This document shows, in pieces, positions 9,575 through 19,813 of a stretch of 64,000 nucleotides of DNA (positions within the stretch are counted from its first letter, which is position 1; the number at the start of each line of letters is the position of its first letter). The notes under the pieces are model-generated. The model did no database searches and had not been told where the DNA came from. It saw nothing but the letters and a program-made list of their open reading frames with translations. The translations under genes were made by a program, and so were the position numbers. This DNA comes from an uncultured Verrucomicrobiae bacterium (GTDB lineage: Bacteria; Verrucomicrobiota; Verrucomicrobiia; Chthoniobacterales; JAFAMB01), in contig CAWIPH010000002.1 in NCBI GenBank assembly GCA_963837955.1, positions 2,720,001 to 2,784,000 on the forward strand. The letters are read 5' to 3'.

Positions 9575-11863
9575 ATGCCGAAAGCTAAAGTACAGCGATC
9601 GATCCGCCCAGTCCCGAACGGTTGGATGCCCGCGCTCTGGGCAAGCCTCAAACCTTTTGGAATCGGTGAGCAACATCCCAATAATTTTTCGGAAATTTTT
9701 CGGGCTCTTTGGGAAAACCGTGACAACCTCGATTACGCCTACCGGATTTTAGATCAAGGAGTCTGCGATGGCTGCTCGCTCGGCACCAGCGGGATGAAGG
9801 ACTGGACCATGACCGGGCTTCACTTGTGCAACGTCCGGCTCCGCCTGCTTCGGCTTAATACGATGCCCGCGTTAGATGGCAAGCTGTTGGAGAACGTCCA
9901 TGCGCTTCAATCGCAACGCTCGCGCGACCTGCGCGCATTCGGCCGCATCCCGTACCCGATGATCCGTCAGCGAGGAGAGCCGGGGTTTCGCCGAATTTCT
10001 TGGGACGAGGCTTTGACCAAGATCGCAGCTAAGATCAGACCAAGCCATCCAGAGCACATCTATTTCTACCTGACTAGTCGTGGTGTGCCGAACGAAACAT
10101 ACTACGCGGCGCAAAAAGCAGCGCGTTCACTCGGTACAAACAACATCGATAACGCAGCCCGAATTTGCCATTCGCCTAGCACTTTTGCTCTTAAAGCGGC
10201 GCTCGGCGTAGCGGCTACAACCTGTTCGTATACTGATCTGATTGGCACGGATCTAGTGGTCTTTTTCGGAAGCAATGTCGCCAACAACCAACCCGTCATG
10301 ATGAAGTACCTTTATTACGCGAGGAAGGCGGGTACCAAAGTGGCGCTGGTTAATCCTTACCGCGAGCCAGCCATGGAACGCTACTGGGTACCATCTGATG
10401 TTGAGAGCGCGTTTTTCGGCACCAAAGTCGCAGAGCACTTCTTTCAGGTCCAACCGAGGGGCGATGTGGCTTTTCTGCAAGGGACTCTGAAACACATGAT
10501 CGGTGAGGGTTGGCTAGACGATGAGTTCATTCACGAACACACTGCCGGTTTCGAGGAGTTGCGTTCGTTGGTGAACCAATTCTCTTGGGAAGAGTTGGAG
10601 ACCGCCAGCGGAGTTAGCCGGAACACCATGCGAGACTTTGCGCAACTGGTGGCCGGCGCGAAACGCGCGGTTTTCGTCTGGGGAATGGGAATTACCCAGC
10701 ACACCTGCGGAGAGGATAATGTTCATGCTATTGTCAACTTGGCCCTCGCGAAAGGGTTTGTCGGCCGAGAAGGTTGCGGCTTGATGCCCATCCGCGGGCA
10801 CTCGGGTGTTCAAGGTGGAGCCGAGATGGGAGCCTACGCTACGGCTTTTCCCGGAGGCTTGCCGATCAATGAGGAGAACGCGACGAAGTTCGCCCAGCAA
10901 TGGGGATTTCCCGTGCCGAAAAAGCCGGGCCTAACCACTCCCGAGATGTTTGAATTGGCTCTGCAGCGCGAGCTCGAAGTGCTTTGGTCGATGGGCGGAG
11001 ATTTCCGCCAGGTGATGCCAGATCCCGAGTTAATCGAGAGCGCTCTTAAAACGATCCCCCTTCGGGTTCACCAGGATATTGTGCTGTCCTCGCAAATGTT
11101 GATTGAGCCGGAAGACACAGTTGTACTACTTCCTTCCACCACTCGATACGAGATTCCAGGCGGGGTTACTGAGACCAGCACTGAACGACGGGTTATATTC
11201 AGCCCCGAAATTCCGGGACCACGCGTCGATGAAGCCCGATCGGAGTGGGAAGTTTTCTTGGAGATTGCCCGGCGCGTACAGCCAAAATTTGCGGACAAAC
11301 TCACCTTTGCCGGAACGGGTGCCATTCGCGAAGAAATCGCTCGGATGATCCCCTTTTACGAGGGCATACAGCACCTGAAAAAGAGGGGTGACAGCTTCCA
11401 GTATGGCGGCCCGATGCTCTGTGCAGGCTCCAAGTTTTCCACGGTCGACGGCAAAGCCCATTTCAAGGCCATCAGGTTGCCACAAGTAGAGGTGCCAGCC
11501 GGAGCTTTTCGAGTGGTTACTCGTCGAGGCAAACAATTTAACAGCATGGTACACGAGGATATCGATGCCAGCACGAATGCGCCACGGGACGGCGTATTGA
11601 TGAATCCGGAGGACGCCCACCGGCTGGGACTGACGTCCGGTGATCAGGTGCGATTACACAACGATTTCGGTACTTACGACGGAGAAGTGCGCGTTGCGCC
11701 GGTTACAGCCGGGACGCTAGAGGTCCACTGGCCGGAAGGCAATGTCTTAGTGGATCCACAGGCGCGTTCACCTCTCGCTAAGATTCCAGCCTACAAAGAG
11801 ATTTCCGCCACGTTGGAACGAGCCAATGGGGCCGAGCAGCACGAACCTTTCTTAAAGCTGTGA
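9575..11863 (+). CDS. FdhF/YdeP family molybdopterin oxidoreductase (copy 1)
   Basis: CDGC...C cluster ligands, RICHS (Mo-ligand Cys), PIRGHSGVQG and C-terminal TRRGKQFNS. Confidence 0.9.
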   Translation: MPKAKVQRSIRPVPNGWMPALWASLKPFGIGEQHPNNFSEIFRALWENRDNLDYAYRILDQGVCDGCSLGTSGMKDWTMTGLHLCNVRLRLLRLNTMPALDGKLLENVHALQSQRSRDLRAFGRIPYPMIRQRGEPGFRRISWDEALTKIAAKIRPSHPEHIYFYLTSRGVPNETYYAAQKAARSLGTNNIDNAARICHSPSTFALKAALGVAATTCSYTDLIGTDLVVFFGSNVANNQPVMMKYLYYARKAGTKVALVNPYREPAMERYWVPSDVESAFFGTKVAEHFFQVQPRGDVAFLQGTLKHMIGEGWLDDEFIHEHTAGFEELRSLVNQFSWEELETASGVSRNTMRDFAQLVAGAKRAVFVWGMGITQHTCGEDNVHAIVNLALAKGFVGREGCGLMPIRGHSGVQGGAEMGAYATAFPGGLPINEENATKFAQQWGFPVPKKPGLTTPEMFELALQRELEVLWSMGGDFRQVMPDPELIESALKTIPLRVHQDIVLSSQMLIEPEDTVVLLPSTTRYEIPGGVTETSTERRVIFSPEIPGPRVDEARSEWEVFLEIARRVQPKFADKLTFAGTGAIREEIARMIPFYEGIQHLKKRGDSFQYGGPMLCAGSKFSTVDGKAHFKAIRLPQVEVPAGAFRVVTRRGKQFNSMVHEDIDASTNAPRDGVLMNPEDAHRLGLTSGDQVRLHNDFGTYDGEVRVAPVTAGTLEVHWPEGNVLVDPQARSPLAKIPAYKEISATLERANGAEQHEPFLKL

Positions 11864-11876
11864 ATTGAAGACGCCT

Positions 11877-13136
11877 ATGACTCAAGAAACAACTAAGGGA
11901 TTGCCCAATCGCTGGCTGCTAGCGGGCGGGGGTGTACTAATGCAGCTAGCCTTAGGAGCGGTTTATGCATGGAGCGTATTCCGAAATCCGTTAATCAAGA
12001 CGTTTGGTTGGTCTATCTCAGACGTAACAACCACCTTTTCCATAGCCATCCTGGTTTTGGGCTTCGCCGCATTTCTCGGTGGCCTCTGGATGAGACGAGT
12101 CGGTCCTCGTGTCGTCGGGATCACCGCGGGGATTTGTTATGGTCTCGGCGTCGCCTTGGCGAGCCTTTCGAGTGGCAATATTTGGATCCTTTGGCTCACC
12201 TACGGAGTGCTTGGCGGGTTGGGACTCGGATTAGGGTACATTGTTCCTTTGGCCACCCTGGTAAAATGGTTTCCTGATCGGCGCGGCTTTATTACTGGAC
12301 TTGCAGTGGCCGGCTTCGGAGCTGGAGCTTTGATCACAGCTCCGGTGGCCCAGCATCTGATCGATGGTGTCGGGGTACTCAAGACGTTAGCGATTCTCGG
12401 TATAGATTACTTGATCCTGGTCGTGCTTGGTGCCTCTGTTATGCGCAATCCGCCCGAAGGCTGGGTGCCCAAAGGTTGGCAGCCTTCCGCCAAGCAACAA
12501 GAGCAATTGCAGGCGCGGAATTACACCCTCAAGGAGGCTCTATCCACCTGGCAATGGTACGTTCTCTGGGCAATGCTTTTCTTGAACGTGACGGCTGGCA
12601 TCAGCATCATTTCGCAGGCCTCGCCGATGGCGCAAGAAATCAGCGGCGTTAGTGCCGCGGTGGGCGCGGGCATGGTCGGTATCATCTCGATTGCCAACGG
12701 CATTGGCCGGCTGCTTTGGGCTTGGTTGTCCGATGCGATTGGACGTCGGACCGTTTTCTTGATCATGTTCCTGTTGCAAGCGGTACTTTTCTTCCTCTTG
12801 CCTTCGCTGCGGGAGTTCACGCTGCTGGCCACCGTGTGTTTCATCATCATCAGCTGTTACGGTGGCGGCTTCGGTACGATGCCCGCATTCGCTGCCGACT
12901 ATTTTGGTCCGAAATGGATCGGATCGATTTACGGACTGATGCTGACCGCGTGGGGTTTCGCCGGCGTCTTTGGGCCGCTGTTGATAGCCAATATCCGTCA
13001 GGCTACTGGGAAATACGATCGCGCATTAACCATCATCGCGGCGATAATGTTGGTTTCCAGCGTGCTGCCATTGGTGTTACGGCGCCATCGCGCGGTGGGC
13101 GAGCCGATCGCCGCGAAGCCTGTCGAAAGAGTCTAA
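11877..13136 (+). CDS. OFA family (oxalate/formate antiporter-like) MFS transporter
   Basis: 12-TM pattern; LGAVYAWSVF, KWFPDRRG, NGIGRLLWAWLSDAIGR and CYGGGFGTMPA. Confidence 0.88.
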   Translation: MTQETTKGLPNRWLLAGGGVLMQLALGAVYAWSVFRNPLIKTFGWSISDVTTTFSIAILVLGFAAFLGGLWMRRVGPRVVGITAGICYGLGVALASLSSGNIWILWLTYGVLGGLGLGLGYIVPLATLVKWFPDRRGFITGLAVAGFGAGALITAPVAQHLIDGVGVLKTLAILGIDYLILVVLGASVMRNPPEGWVPKGWQPSAKQQEQLQARNYTLKEALSTWQWYVLWAMLFLNVTAGISIISQASPMAQEISGVSAAVGAGMVGIISIANGIGRLLWAWLSDAIGRRTVFLIMFLLQAVLFFLLPSLREFTLLATVCFIIISCYGGGFGTMPAFAADYFGPKWIGSIYGLMLTAWGFAGVFGPLLIANIRQATGKYDRALTIIAAIMLVSSVLPLVLRRHRAVGEPIAAKPVERV

Positions 13137-13196
13137 CCGCTAGCCGAAAGGCTGGCGGAATTTAGCTCAGGGCGACAGCAGCAGCCGTCGCCCCGG
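13137..13196. terminator. Twin GC-rich hairpins between convergent genes (terminator or palindromic repeat)
   Basis: ccgctagcc-gaaa-ggctggcgg directly after the stop, then gggcgacagc-agca-gccgtcgccc. There is no clear U-tract. Confidence 0.5.
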
Positions 13197-13274
13197 GCCC
13201 AAGGCGGATGATTCGAAGCCGTTCGCCTACATTAGTTTGTCAGCGATTGGCCGATTCGATCTTTGGAAACGCGT

Positions 13275-13637
13275 TCAGGCCGATTTTGGATTCCACAGAC
13301 CAAGCGGCGCGCCCGTCGGATCGGCGATGATACTCAGCCAACCGGCATCCGGTATTTCAGTCACCTCTTTCATGACCGTCGCGCCAAGCGATTGGGCCTT
13401 TTGGGTTGAGGCGTTAATGTCGTCGACCAAGACATAGGCTAACCACATTGAAGGCGCTCCGGGAATGGGATGTTTCATCATTCCTCCGCCAGTGCCTTCG
13501 CCGACTTTAATCATTGTGTATGCGCCATTTTCCATCGGAAAATCTTCTAGCTTCCAGTCGAAGAGCTTTCCGTAAAAGGCTTTTGCTTTGCTGAGATCGG
13601 TTGTGTTGAGTTCAACGTGCGCGAATGGATTTGCCAT
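13275..13637 (-). CDS. VOC family (glyoxalase/bleomycin resistance) protein
   Basis: HVELNT...AKAFYGKLFDW, WLAYVLVDD and DPTGAPLGLW. Start placed at MANPF. Confidence 0.88.
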   Translation of the reverse strand: MANPFAHVELNTTDLSKAKAFYGKLFDWKLEDFPMENGAYTMIKVGEGTGGGMMKHPIPGAPSMWLAYVLVDDINASTQKAQSLGATVMKEVTEIPDAGWLSIIADPTGAPLGLWNPKSA

Positions 13638-13933
13638 AACTGTCTCCGGGGTTTTCAAGCATTGGGGGTTTCGCCGGCGAGTCGTGCTGGCTTTCTCGAA
13701 CATCAGTGTATTGCCCTTAAGGTCGATAAAGGTCAATCAGCAACCCGCCACCGAAAGCAGCAGTTGAGAGACAGAAACTGGAAACGCTACGTTCTAGTAA
13801 TTTCCAGCTTGTGAACAATCTTAACCTGCCTCTGAAGAGGATCGGTGCCTGCGAATTCGTCCCGAAATTCAGACGTTTATCCAGAAGGCCATGGCCTGCA
13901 AAAGCGAATCGTGAGTCTGCTTCCGGATGTTCT

Positions 13934-16192
13934 TTATTTTTCCGACCGATGCCGCTTCGTCCCTTCGTCCGGGGTTGGTGAAGCATATTCATCCGGATGC
14001 GCCAGCGAACTCATATCGGTTCCAACCTTCGTCCTCTTTTCTTCCTTCAAGCTTGCCCGGAAAGATTCGACGTTATTCTCGACCACCGTCGGTTGAATAA
14101 AGACCAGAAGCTCGTTTCGATTGCGAGTATGCGTTTGAAATTTGAAGAGATTGCCGACATAGGGCAACCGATCGACGATGGGAACTCCGGAGTCGCTGTG
14201 TTTGATAGTATCCTGGATTAATCCACCTAGGACGACGGTTGCACCGCTCGGTACCGTCACAGTGGTGGTCAAGCGTTGGCTATTCACGATCGGTACAGTG
14301 TTGCCGGCAATAGTCACGTTATTACCCAAGCTGTCATTGATCTGCGCGATCTTCAACGTAACCTCGCGATCGGAATTGATTAACGGTATCACCTCGAGCC
14401 GCAGTTCAACGTCTTCGTACTCGATAGTAGCTTGAATAGCGGCCGTATTGTTGTTGACAGTGTTAACGTTTGTTAACGTAGTGCCTGGCACCGGCACTCT
14501 CTGCCCTGAAGCAATCACCGCTCGTTTGTTGTTGGCGGTATAAACGGCCGGCCTGGCCAGAATCGTGAACTTGTCTCGTTGATCAATCGCTCGAACAAAA
14601 ACGCGGATTGCGTCATTGATGCTGCCGTAGATGGCTAGGCCCTGCGTACCCGGCACGAGCCCCGTGTTCAAGATTTGCCGGGGATCAATTACGACTTGGC
14701 CGTTTTGATTAAAGATACCCGCTTGAGTTCCGGTGCTGCTGAGATTGCTCGAGGCGATCCCTTGGCCCGAAGCGATCTTTTTGTAGGTCTGCGTAAAATC
14801 AACTCCGAAATCGAGCTCACTGCTCAGCTGGAGCTGACCTATGACGGTAGACAGATAGACTTGCTGCGGTCTGCGATCGAGACGGTCGAGCAAAGCGCGA
14901 ACTTTCTGGACGCTTTCCGGAGGTCCAATCACGATAATCTTGTTGTCCTTGGCGTCTGAAATAATGCGCGTTTTTCCAGCAATTAACGATTGCGGACCGA
15001 GCTGCTCATTCGGCTCCTGCAGCAAGTCTTGCCCGGCACCGACTGATCCGGCCGACGAATTTACCGAACTATAGCCACCGGTGCCCCCACCTGACTGCGT
15101 CATACCGGTCGAACTCCGTGAACTCCCGAGGTTAACGGTTCGATTCTGATTGACCTGTTGTGGCTGATTCTGATTCTGCAGCTGGTTTGTGCCGGCACCG
15201 TATTGCTGCTCTTCGTTTAGTAAGTCGGCCAGAACCGGAAGCGCCTCGCCGGCGGAGATGTATCGCAGCTTGTACTCGAGCGGCTGAGCAGCGGCTGTCG
15301 CCTGGTCAAACGCTTCTACCAACCCTCTCAGCGTAGCCATGTTCTGGGGACGGGTAACGATCAAGATTCGGTTGGTACGCGCATCAGGAATAAGCTGCGC
15401 CTGCAAACCGGCAATTACCGTGGACACGGGGTTAGCAACGACGACATTTTGGCCCTGCTGCTGCACCAGCTGGTTCTTCGGCTGACTGCCGCCGTCTAGC
15501 AGCTTACTCATTGTGTCACATACGCGTTCTGCATCGGCTCGAACCAATTGAACAAATTCGGTGGAGGTCGCAGCCGGAGGCAGGTCGATCAGGTCTTTTA
15601 AGGCAATCAGCTGTCGGATCACGTTCGTCGTCTCAGTGATCACCAGTGATTGTGCGCTGTTAACTGGAACAAAGGAGGTGTAGGCGCGCGGCAAAATATG
15701 CGTGTTAAAAACCGTTAACGCTTCATTGGCTGAGATATGGTTCAACGGCATGTAGTAGCTGACGATCTCTTCGCCAATCGGCATATCTTCCGGACTAGTG
15801 AAGAGACGCACTCCCTCGCTCCGGGCGTTTTTGCCGGTGCTCAGGTTGATTATCTTCATCGTGTTCTCGCCGGGACCGGGAATCAGGGCGTAATTGTTTA
15901 GGAGTAGCGCGGCTTCAATCAAGCGAATCAACTGACTCTTCTTAACCGGCTGTGGTAGCGAAATAGTCAACGGAACAGCGTTCGCCATTAGGTTGCTGTC
16001 CTCGATCAATGTCTTACCAGTTAGTTTTTCGTACTCCTGCAACACCGCAGTAATCGGCGCATTAGATGCTTCGTACGAAACCATTTCTTCGTCGGGACTC
16101 GGATTAGGCTGTGGCGTTGTCAGAGTGCTTTGGGCCCAAAGCAACGTCGCCTGCGAGAAGATCAAGGAAGCCAAGAGAAGGCGTGGGAGCAT
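13934..16192 (-). CDS. gspD: Type II secretion secretin
   Basis: Signal peptide, repeated N domains (DARTNRILI), secretin C-domain with GATVVLGGLI, GVP...LPYVGNLFK and ELLVFIQPTVV. Confidence 0.92.
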   Translation of the reverse strand: MLPRLLLASLIFSQATLLWAQSTLTTPQPNPSPDEEMVSYEASNAPITAVLQEYEKLTGKTLIEDSNLMANAVPLTISLPQPVKKSQLIRLIEAALLLNNYALIPGPGENTMKIINLSTGKNARSEGVRLFTSPEDMPIGEEIVSYYMPLNHISANEALTVFNTHILPRAYTSFVPVNSAQSLVITETTNVIRQLIALKDLIDLPPAATSTEFVQLVRADAERVCDTMSKLLDGGSQPKNQLVQQQGQNVVVANPVSTVIAGLQAQLIPDARTNRILIVTRPQNMATLRGLVEAFDQATAAAQPLEYKLRYISAGEALPVLADLLNEEQQYGAGTNQLQNQNQPQQVNQNRTVNLGSSRSSTGMTQSGGGTGGYSSVNSSAGSVGAGQDLLQEPNEQLGPQSLIAGKTRIISDAKDNKIIVIGPPESVQKVRALLDRLDRRPQQVYLSTVIGQLQLSSELDFGVDFTQTYKKIASGQGIASSNLSSTGTQAGIFNQNGQVVIDPRQILNTGLVPGTQGLAIYGSINDAIRVFVRAIDQRDKFTILARPAVYTANNKRAVIASGQRVPVPGTTLTNVNTVNNNTAAIQATIEYEDVELRLEVIPLINSDREVTLKIAQINDSLGNNVTIAGNTVPIVNSQRLTTTVTVPSGATVVLGGLIQDTIKHSDSGVPIVDRLPYVGNLFKFQTHTRNRNELLVFIQPTVVENNVESFRASLKEEKRTKVGTDMSSLAHPDEYASPTPDEGTKRHRSEK

Positions 16193-16213
16193 AAAGTTAA
16201 AAATAATTGACCG

Positions 16214-16987
16214 TTATTGATCTTGGTTTATTCCAGGACCTTGGTTGACTCCGGGATTCTGCCTAGGCGGCACGGCACCAGGAGTCCCGTTAGCGACCGC
16301 TGAAGGCAAGACTCGCCGACGATGAGTCTGCTGAGCTTGCGGTGGAATGTTTGGGTTCTGATTTGCGCCAGGAACGTTCCCGTTTTGATTTACGCCCGGA
16401 ATGTTAGGTTGAACCCTTCCACCCGGCACTTGATTGTTGATTTGCCGCGGAATTTGATTGTTCTGTCCGCCTTCTGGCTGGACCTGCATCGGATTGTCGG
16501 CAATTGCCGGTGCAGGTTCCTGTGGTTTGAATTTAATCGTACCCTGTTCCACACCGTTCGATATGACGGCCTCGAAATCTCGAATCATCTGGAAATCCTT
16601 TCCGCCTTTTGCGCGGACTTCGACGATCCGAATACCTTTGTCGTTGGGAACATCCGTAATCTTTTGTACGTCGTTGGTGTCGGCATCTTGAACAAACAAG
16701 GAGTCCTTCCCTCCCTCATTTAGCCAAGAGACAACGGCCAACTTATTGAAGGCCTCAGGTTGAATCTGAGCGGCCGGAGTGACCAGCGTAAACGGGTTTC
16801 GCTCCCAAAGCTTTCGATACCGCTCCGCTTTGAATCCGGTCGGCAGCGCATCATCCGCCCGGGCGAGCGCTACGGAAGACAAGAATACTAAACAGAATAC
16901 GCACGAGCTGATCGGAAATCTGGCTGTCGCTCCACTCGCCCCGAATCGGACAACAGACCGCAGCCTTCTGGGAAAAAAATCACGCAT
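16214..16987 (-). CDS. T2SS-associated membrane-anchored protein (GspC position), Q/N/P-rich tail
   Basis: One hydrophobic segment and WERNPF. Its ATG overlaps the gspM stop and it lies directly before gspD. Confidence 0.55.
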   Translation of the reverse strand: MRDFFPRRLRSVVRFGASGATARFPISSCVFCLVFLSSVALARADDALPTGFKAERYRKLWERNPFTLVTPAAQIQPEAFNKLAVVSWLNEGGKDSLFVQDADTNDVQKITDVPNDKGIRIVEVRAKGGKDFQMIRDFEAVISNGVEQGTIKFKPQEPAPAIADNPMQVQPEGGQNNQIPRQINNQVPGGRVQPNIPGVNQNGNVPGANQNPNIPPQAQQTHRRRVLPSAVANGTPGAVPPRQNPGVNQGPGINQDQ

Positions 16988-17546
16988 GGGGGGCATACCA
17001 ACGGGCCACTTCCAGTTCCAGATTGACCTTGGGAGGCTCTGCTTCACTCTTGAGCGACAAGTTCGTGACCGCCTGAAATTTCTCGGGTTGTTGAAGCTCT
17101 GCCAGCCATTTCACGACATTCTCTAGATTACCGGACAACTTAAGTTTTACAGCGACCGACTGATAGTTGGCCGTATTCCTCGATTCTGCGAAACTTTGCT
17201 CCTGAATTACAAGCTGGTTCGCTTGCGCACTAGCGGTTACCGCCTGAAGGAGCTCGGATTGCGGGACTTGGCCCCCATTTACTCGAGGTTGCTGCCGATC
17301 GATCCACTGCTTTCTGGTCAACCAAAACTGCTTTTCCCGGAGCCACATCTGGTTGGTCTTGGCGGTCGCCTCCATCTCCCCGAGCTGCTGATTTAGTCCG
17401 TTCTCGGTGTCCAGCAGATAACTGATACCGTAGAAATTCGCCATAACGAATAGGGCCAGCCCGAAAAGGACCAACAGACGTCTCTCGTTCTTAGTCAATT
17501 TTCGCAATTTTCGGGTCTCCTTCGATCGTGAATTCCGCGCGTCCAT
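16980..17546 (-). CDS. gspM: GspM/PilO-like T2SS inner-membrane protein (true start may be TTG at 17507)
   Basis: LTKNERRLL plus TM and coiled coil; VKLKLSGNLENVVKWLAEL ferredoxin-like motif. Confidence 0.7.
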   Translation of the reverse strand: MDARNSRSKETRKLRKLTKNERRLLVLFGLALFVMANFYGISYLLDTENGLNQQLGEMEATAKTNQMWLREKQFWLTRKQWIDRQQPRVNGGQVPQSELLQAVTASAQANQLVIQEQSFAESRNTANYQSVAVKLKLSGNLENVVKWLAELQQPEKFQAVTNLSLKSEAEPPKVNLELEVARWYAPHA

Positions 17547-18717
17547 CAGGTCGCAAACTCGGGCTGTGCATCTGCCATTGGAAAAGGTTCAAGCTCGGAT
17601 TCGCCTTGATGTCTTCACTAAATTTAAAAACTGCGGCCGCTGCACTGGCTTCGCCCCGAATCGAAAGCTTGCCCTTCGTTATTTCGAATGCCGTGAGGCG
17701 CAGCCCTTGGGGCGGAATGAGAGCCGCGACCTGGTGCAGGATTTCAACAGGATACAGTTGCGGATCGACCGCCCACTCCACCTTCTTCCACTCATCTGCG
17801 GTCGCCTGGATCGCCCCGACCGTCGGAGCCTCGGTGGCTAACTGCCTGCGCAGTTGGGAGAGCTGAAATTTTTGCCAACCGATATATCCGACCAAGGCCA
17901 AGATCACCGCGGCATAAATCGCCGCAGCTGCCAATAGCAAGCGTTGAACGCGCCGGCGGCGCCGGCGGCGGGTATGCAACACCTCCACTTCGTTTGGAAG
18001 CAGCTTGGAAGGCGTGGCCGGAAAAGTAGGTGGCGGAAACGACTCTCTTGATACCCGCAGCGCTAGTCCTTTTTGCAACTGCTCGACTTCCTCGTCGGAA
18101 AAGTCACCCCAAAGCACTACACCGAGCATTGACTCAGAAAGCCGCTGACTTCCTAAGTACAAAAGCGCACAGCGAACTTCGTGAATCATCTCCGCGCCGA
18201 CCTCCGTCTCACCCAAGATTTGCAAATGGATCGGATTTCTACCGCGGGTGACCGCGATAGCCAGCCGCCCCTGCTCGCGCCAGATGCACAAGCGATCTTG
18301 CGGCAGCGGAAGCACAAAGCTTGCCGGTTCAAATTGGACTGCCGATGCAAAGGCTAGTCGCGGATCCAGTTCGGGTAGCAGAGCGGTGGCCAACGCTAGC
18401 GACTTGTCTGCTTGAGTTTCCAGAACCCGGATATCGGTTCGTTTGCCATTTCGCTGGGTTAATCCCTGCTGCTCGAGTTGCAGTTGGACGATTTCGGGAA
18501 CCAGAGAGCGATCGCCCGTGGCAACCCAGGTCGCCATAGTGACGGTTTGTCGCACCGGCAAGCCCACTATCGTCTCCCCCGGCGCATCAGCCGGCTTGGC
18601 GATTCGACGAACAAACTGGGCCCGTTTCGAATTTGAAAATGTCCAGAGCTCCCAATCTTCCGTCGCGGTGCAGCGAACGAATGAACGCTGAGAGCGGTCG
18701 CGCACACTGTCTGTCAT
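17491..18717 (-). CDS. gspL: GspL/PilN-like T2SS protein
   Basis: Cytoplasmic domain, LLP...poly-R plus TM, and a C-terminal LRLTAFE..LSIRGEA PilN-like domain; lies between gspK and gspM. Confidence 0.7.
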   Translation of the reverse strand: MTDSVRDRSQRSFVRCTATEDWELWTFSNSKRAQFVRRIAKPADAPGETIVGLPVRQTVTMATWVATGDRSLVPEIVQLQLEQQGLTQRNGKRTDIRVLETQADKSLALATALLPELDPRLAFASAVQFEPASFVLPLPQDRLCIWREQGRLAIAVTRGRNPIHLQILGETEVGAEMIHEVRCALLYLGSQRLSESMLGVVLWGDFSDEEVEQLQKGLALRVSRESFPPPTFPATPSKLLPNEVEVLHTRRRRRRRVQRLLLAAAAIYAAVILALVGYIGWQKFQLSQLRRQLATEAPTVGAIQATADEWKKVEWAVDPQLYPVEILHQVAALIPPQGLRLTAFEITKGKLSIRGEASAAAAVFKFSEDIKANPSLNLFQWQMHSPSLRPDGRAEFTIEGDPKIAKID

Positions 18718-18808
18718 AGGGCTTGTCTTTCGCTGCCAAGAACATGAGCGTTTGGCACCACTGTCAGTTGATCGATGTTGCTCCCCTTCACGTTTCCAAG
18801 CCAGCCCG

Positions 18809-19813
18809 CTATTCTTCCTGCCATACCAGATAAGCGATCGGAATAGTGTTGCGTCGGGCGACAACTGTCAAAGTATCTGTGTACCCGTTGACCATTCCTT
18901 TGCTGACGATCCGATCCACCGTGCTGTTTATGCTCAATAAGCCTTGCACCAATTGAAATTGCTGCGGCGTCATTCCCAGTTCAGTCCGTACCTGATCCAT
19001 CGTGACATAAGGCGTATCGTCTGCGGTGTACGGAATTCCGTCCGGCCCCCACCGGTGCTGGACAAAGTGTTTCGCTTGTCCTGGACTAATCCCGGTAACC
19101 AGAGCGATCGTGTCGGCTTCTGCGGCATTCACATTGATTGTTCCATCGCTCCAAACTGTGAAATATTTCGTCCAGTCGGGTTGAGCCGCCGCCACCGGCG
19201 CAAACGTCGAAACCAGGCTCATTTCTTCTACCGACCGAAAAGGATGGATGAGCTGGACGACGGGCTGCGTAGGATTTTGGGTTTGTCCCCCGTTCTGGCC
19301 GGCCGTCGCATCCAGCTGCTGCTGTTCAAGCTCTTTCGCCTGATTACTTCCCTGCTCCGGAACTTCCTGACCGCCTGTCACCCAATCCCGGAGCCCTTGG
19401 ACAGCCGCCAGAGCGGCATTGGTTTCGACGCCCCATTTTCGAAATAGACTTTCCAAGATATCGTCTCGATTGTTTTGCAACAGGAAATTGACATTCAACC
19501 GAGTCGACTCGCTGGTAATTGTCACTTGAAACTGGCCTCCATCCTTCGACTTTTGATTCAATAGTGCGTTATCCGTATTGGCGGTTTGAGGGTTTAGTCC
19601 GAAGGCCAACCCCGATTCCGCTAGTTGGCGAGCCCGAAATTGGTGATTGAAAGCTGAGTACTCATCCACGCTCGATTTCAGAAAGGCGATGACCGACACG
19701 ACCAAACTGGAGACCAAGAGAATCGTGAACAGGACAAGTAATAGCGCCGACGCGTTCTCCTCATTTCGATCCACTAAATGCCAATTCCGCCGCATATTTT
19801 CCGCGCGCTTCAT
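18809..19813 (-). CDS. gspK: Minor pseudopilin GspK
   Basis: SALLLVL hydrophobic N-terminus; ARQLAESG, ESTRLNVN, PFRSVEEM and INVNAA. Confidence 0.85.
   Translation of the reverse strand: MKRAENMRRNWHLVDRNEENASALLLVLFTILLVSSLVVSVIAFLKSSVDEYSAFNHQFRARQLAESGLAFGLNPQTANTDNALLNQKSKDGGQFQVTITSESTRLNVNFLLQNNRDDILESLFRKWGVETNAALAAVQGLRDWVTGGQEVPEQGSNQAKELEQQQLDATAGQNGGQTQNPTQPVVQLIHPFRSVEEMSLVSTFAPVAAAQPDWTKYFTVWSDGTINVNAAEADTIALVTGISPGQAKHFVQHRWGPDGIPYTADDTPYVTMDQVRTELGMTPQQFQLVQGLLSINSTVDRIVSKGMVNGYTDTLTVVARRNTIPIAYLVWQEE

Noticed and set aside
9575..11863. Selenocysteine recoding in the FdhF-like proteins
   Set aside because: Both ORFs are uninterrupted and have Cys at the Mo-ligand position (RICH and NMCH).
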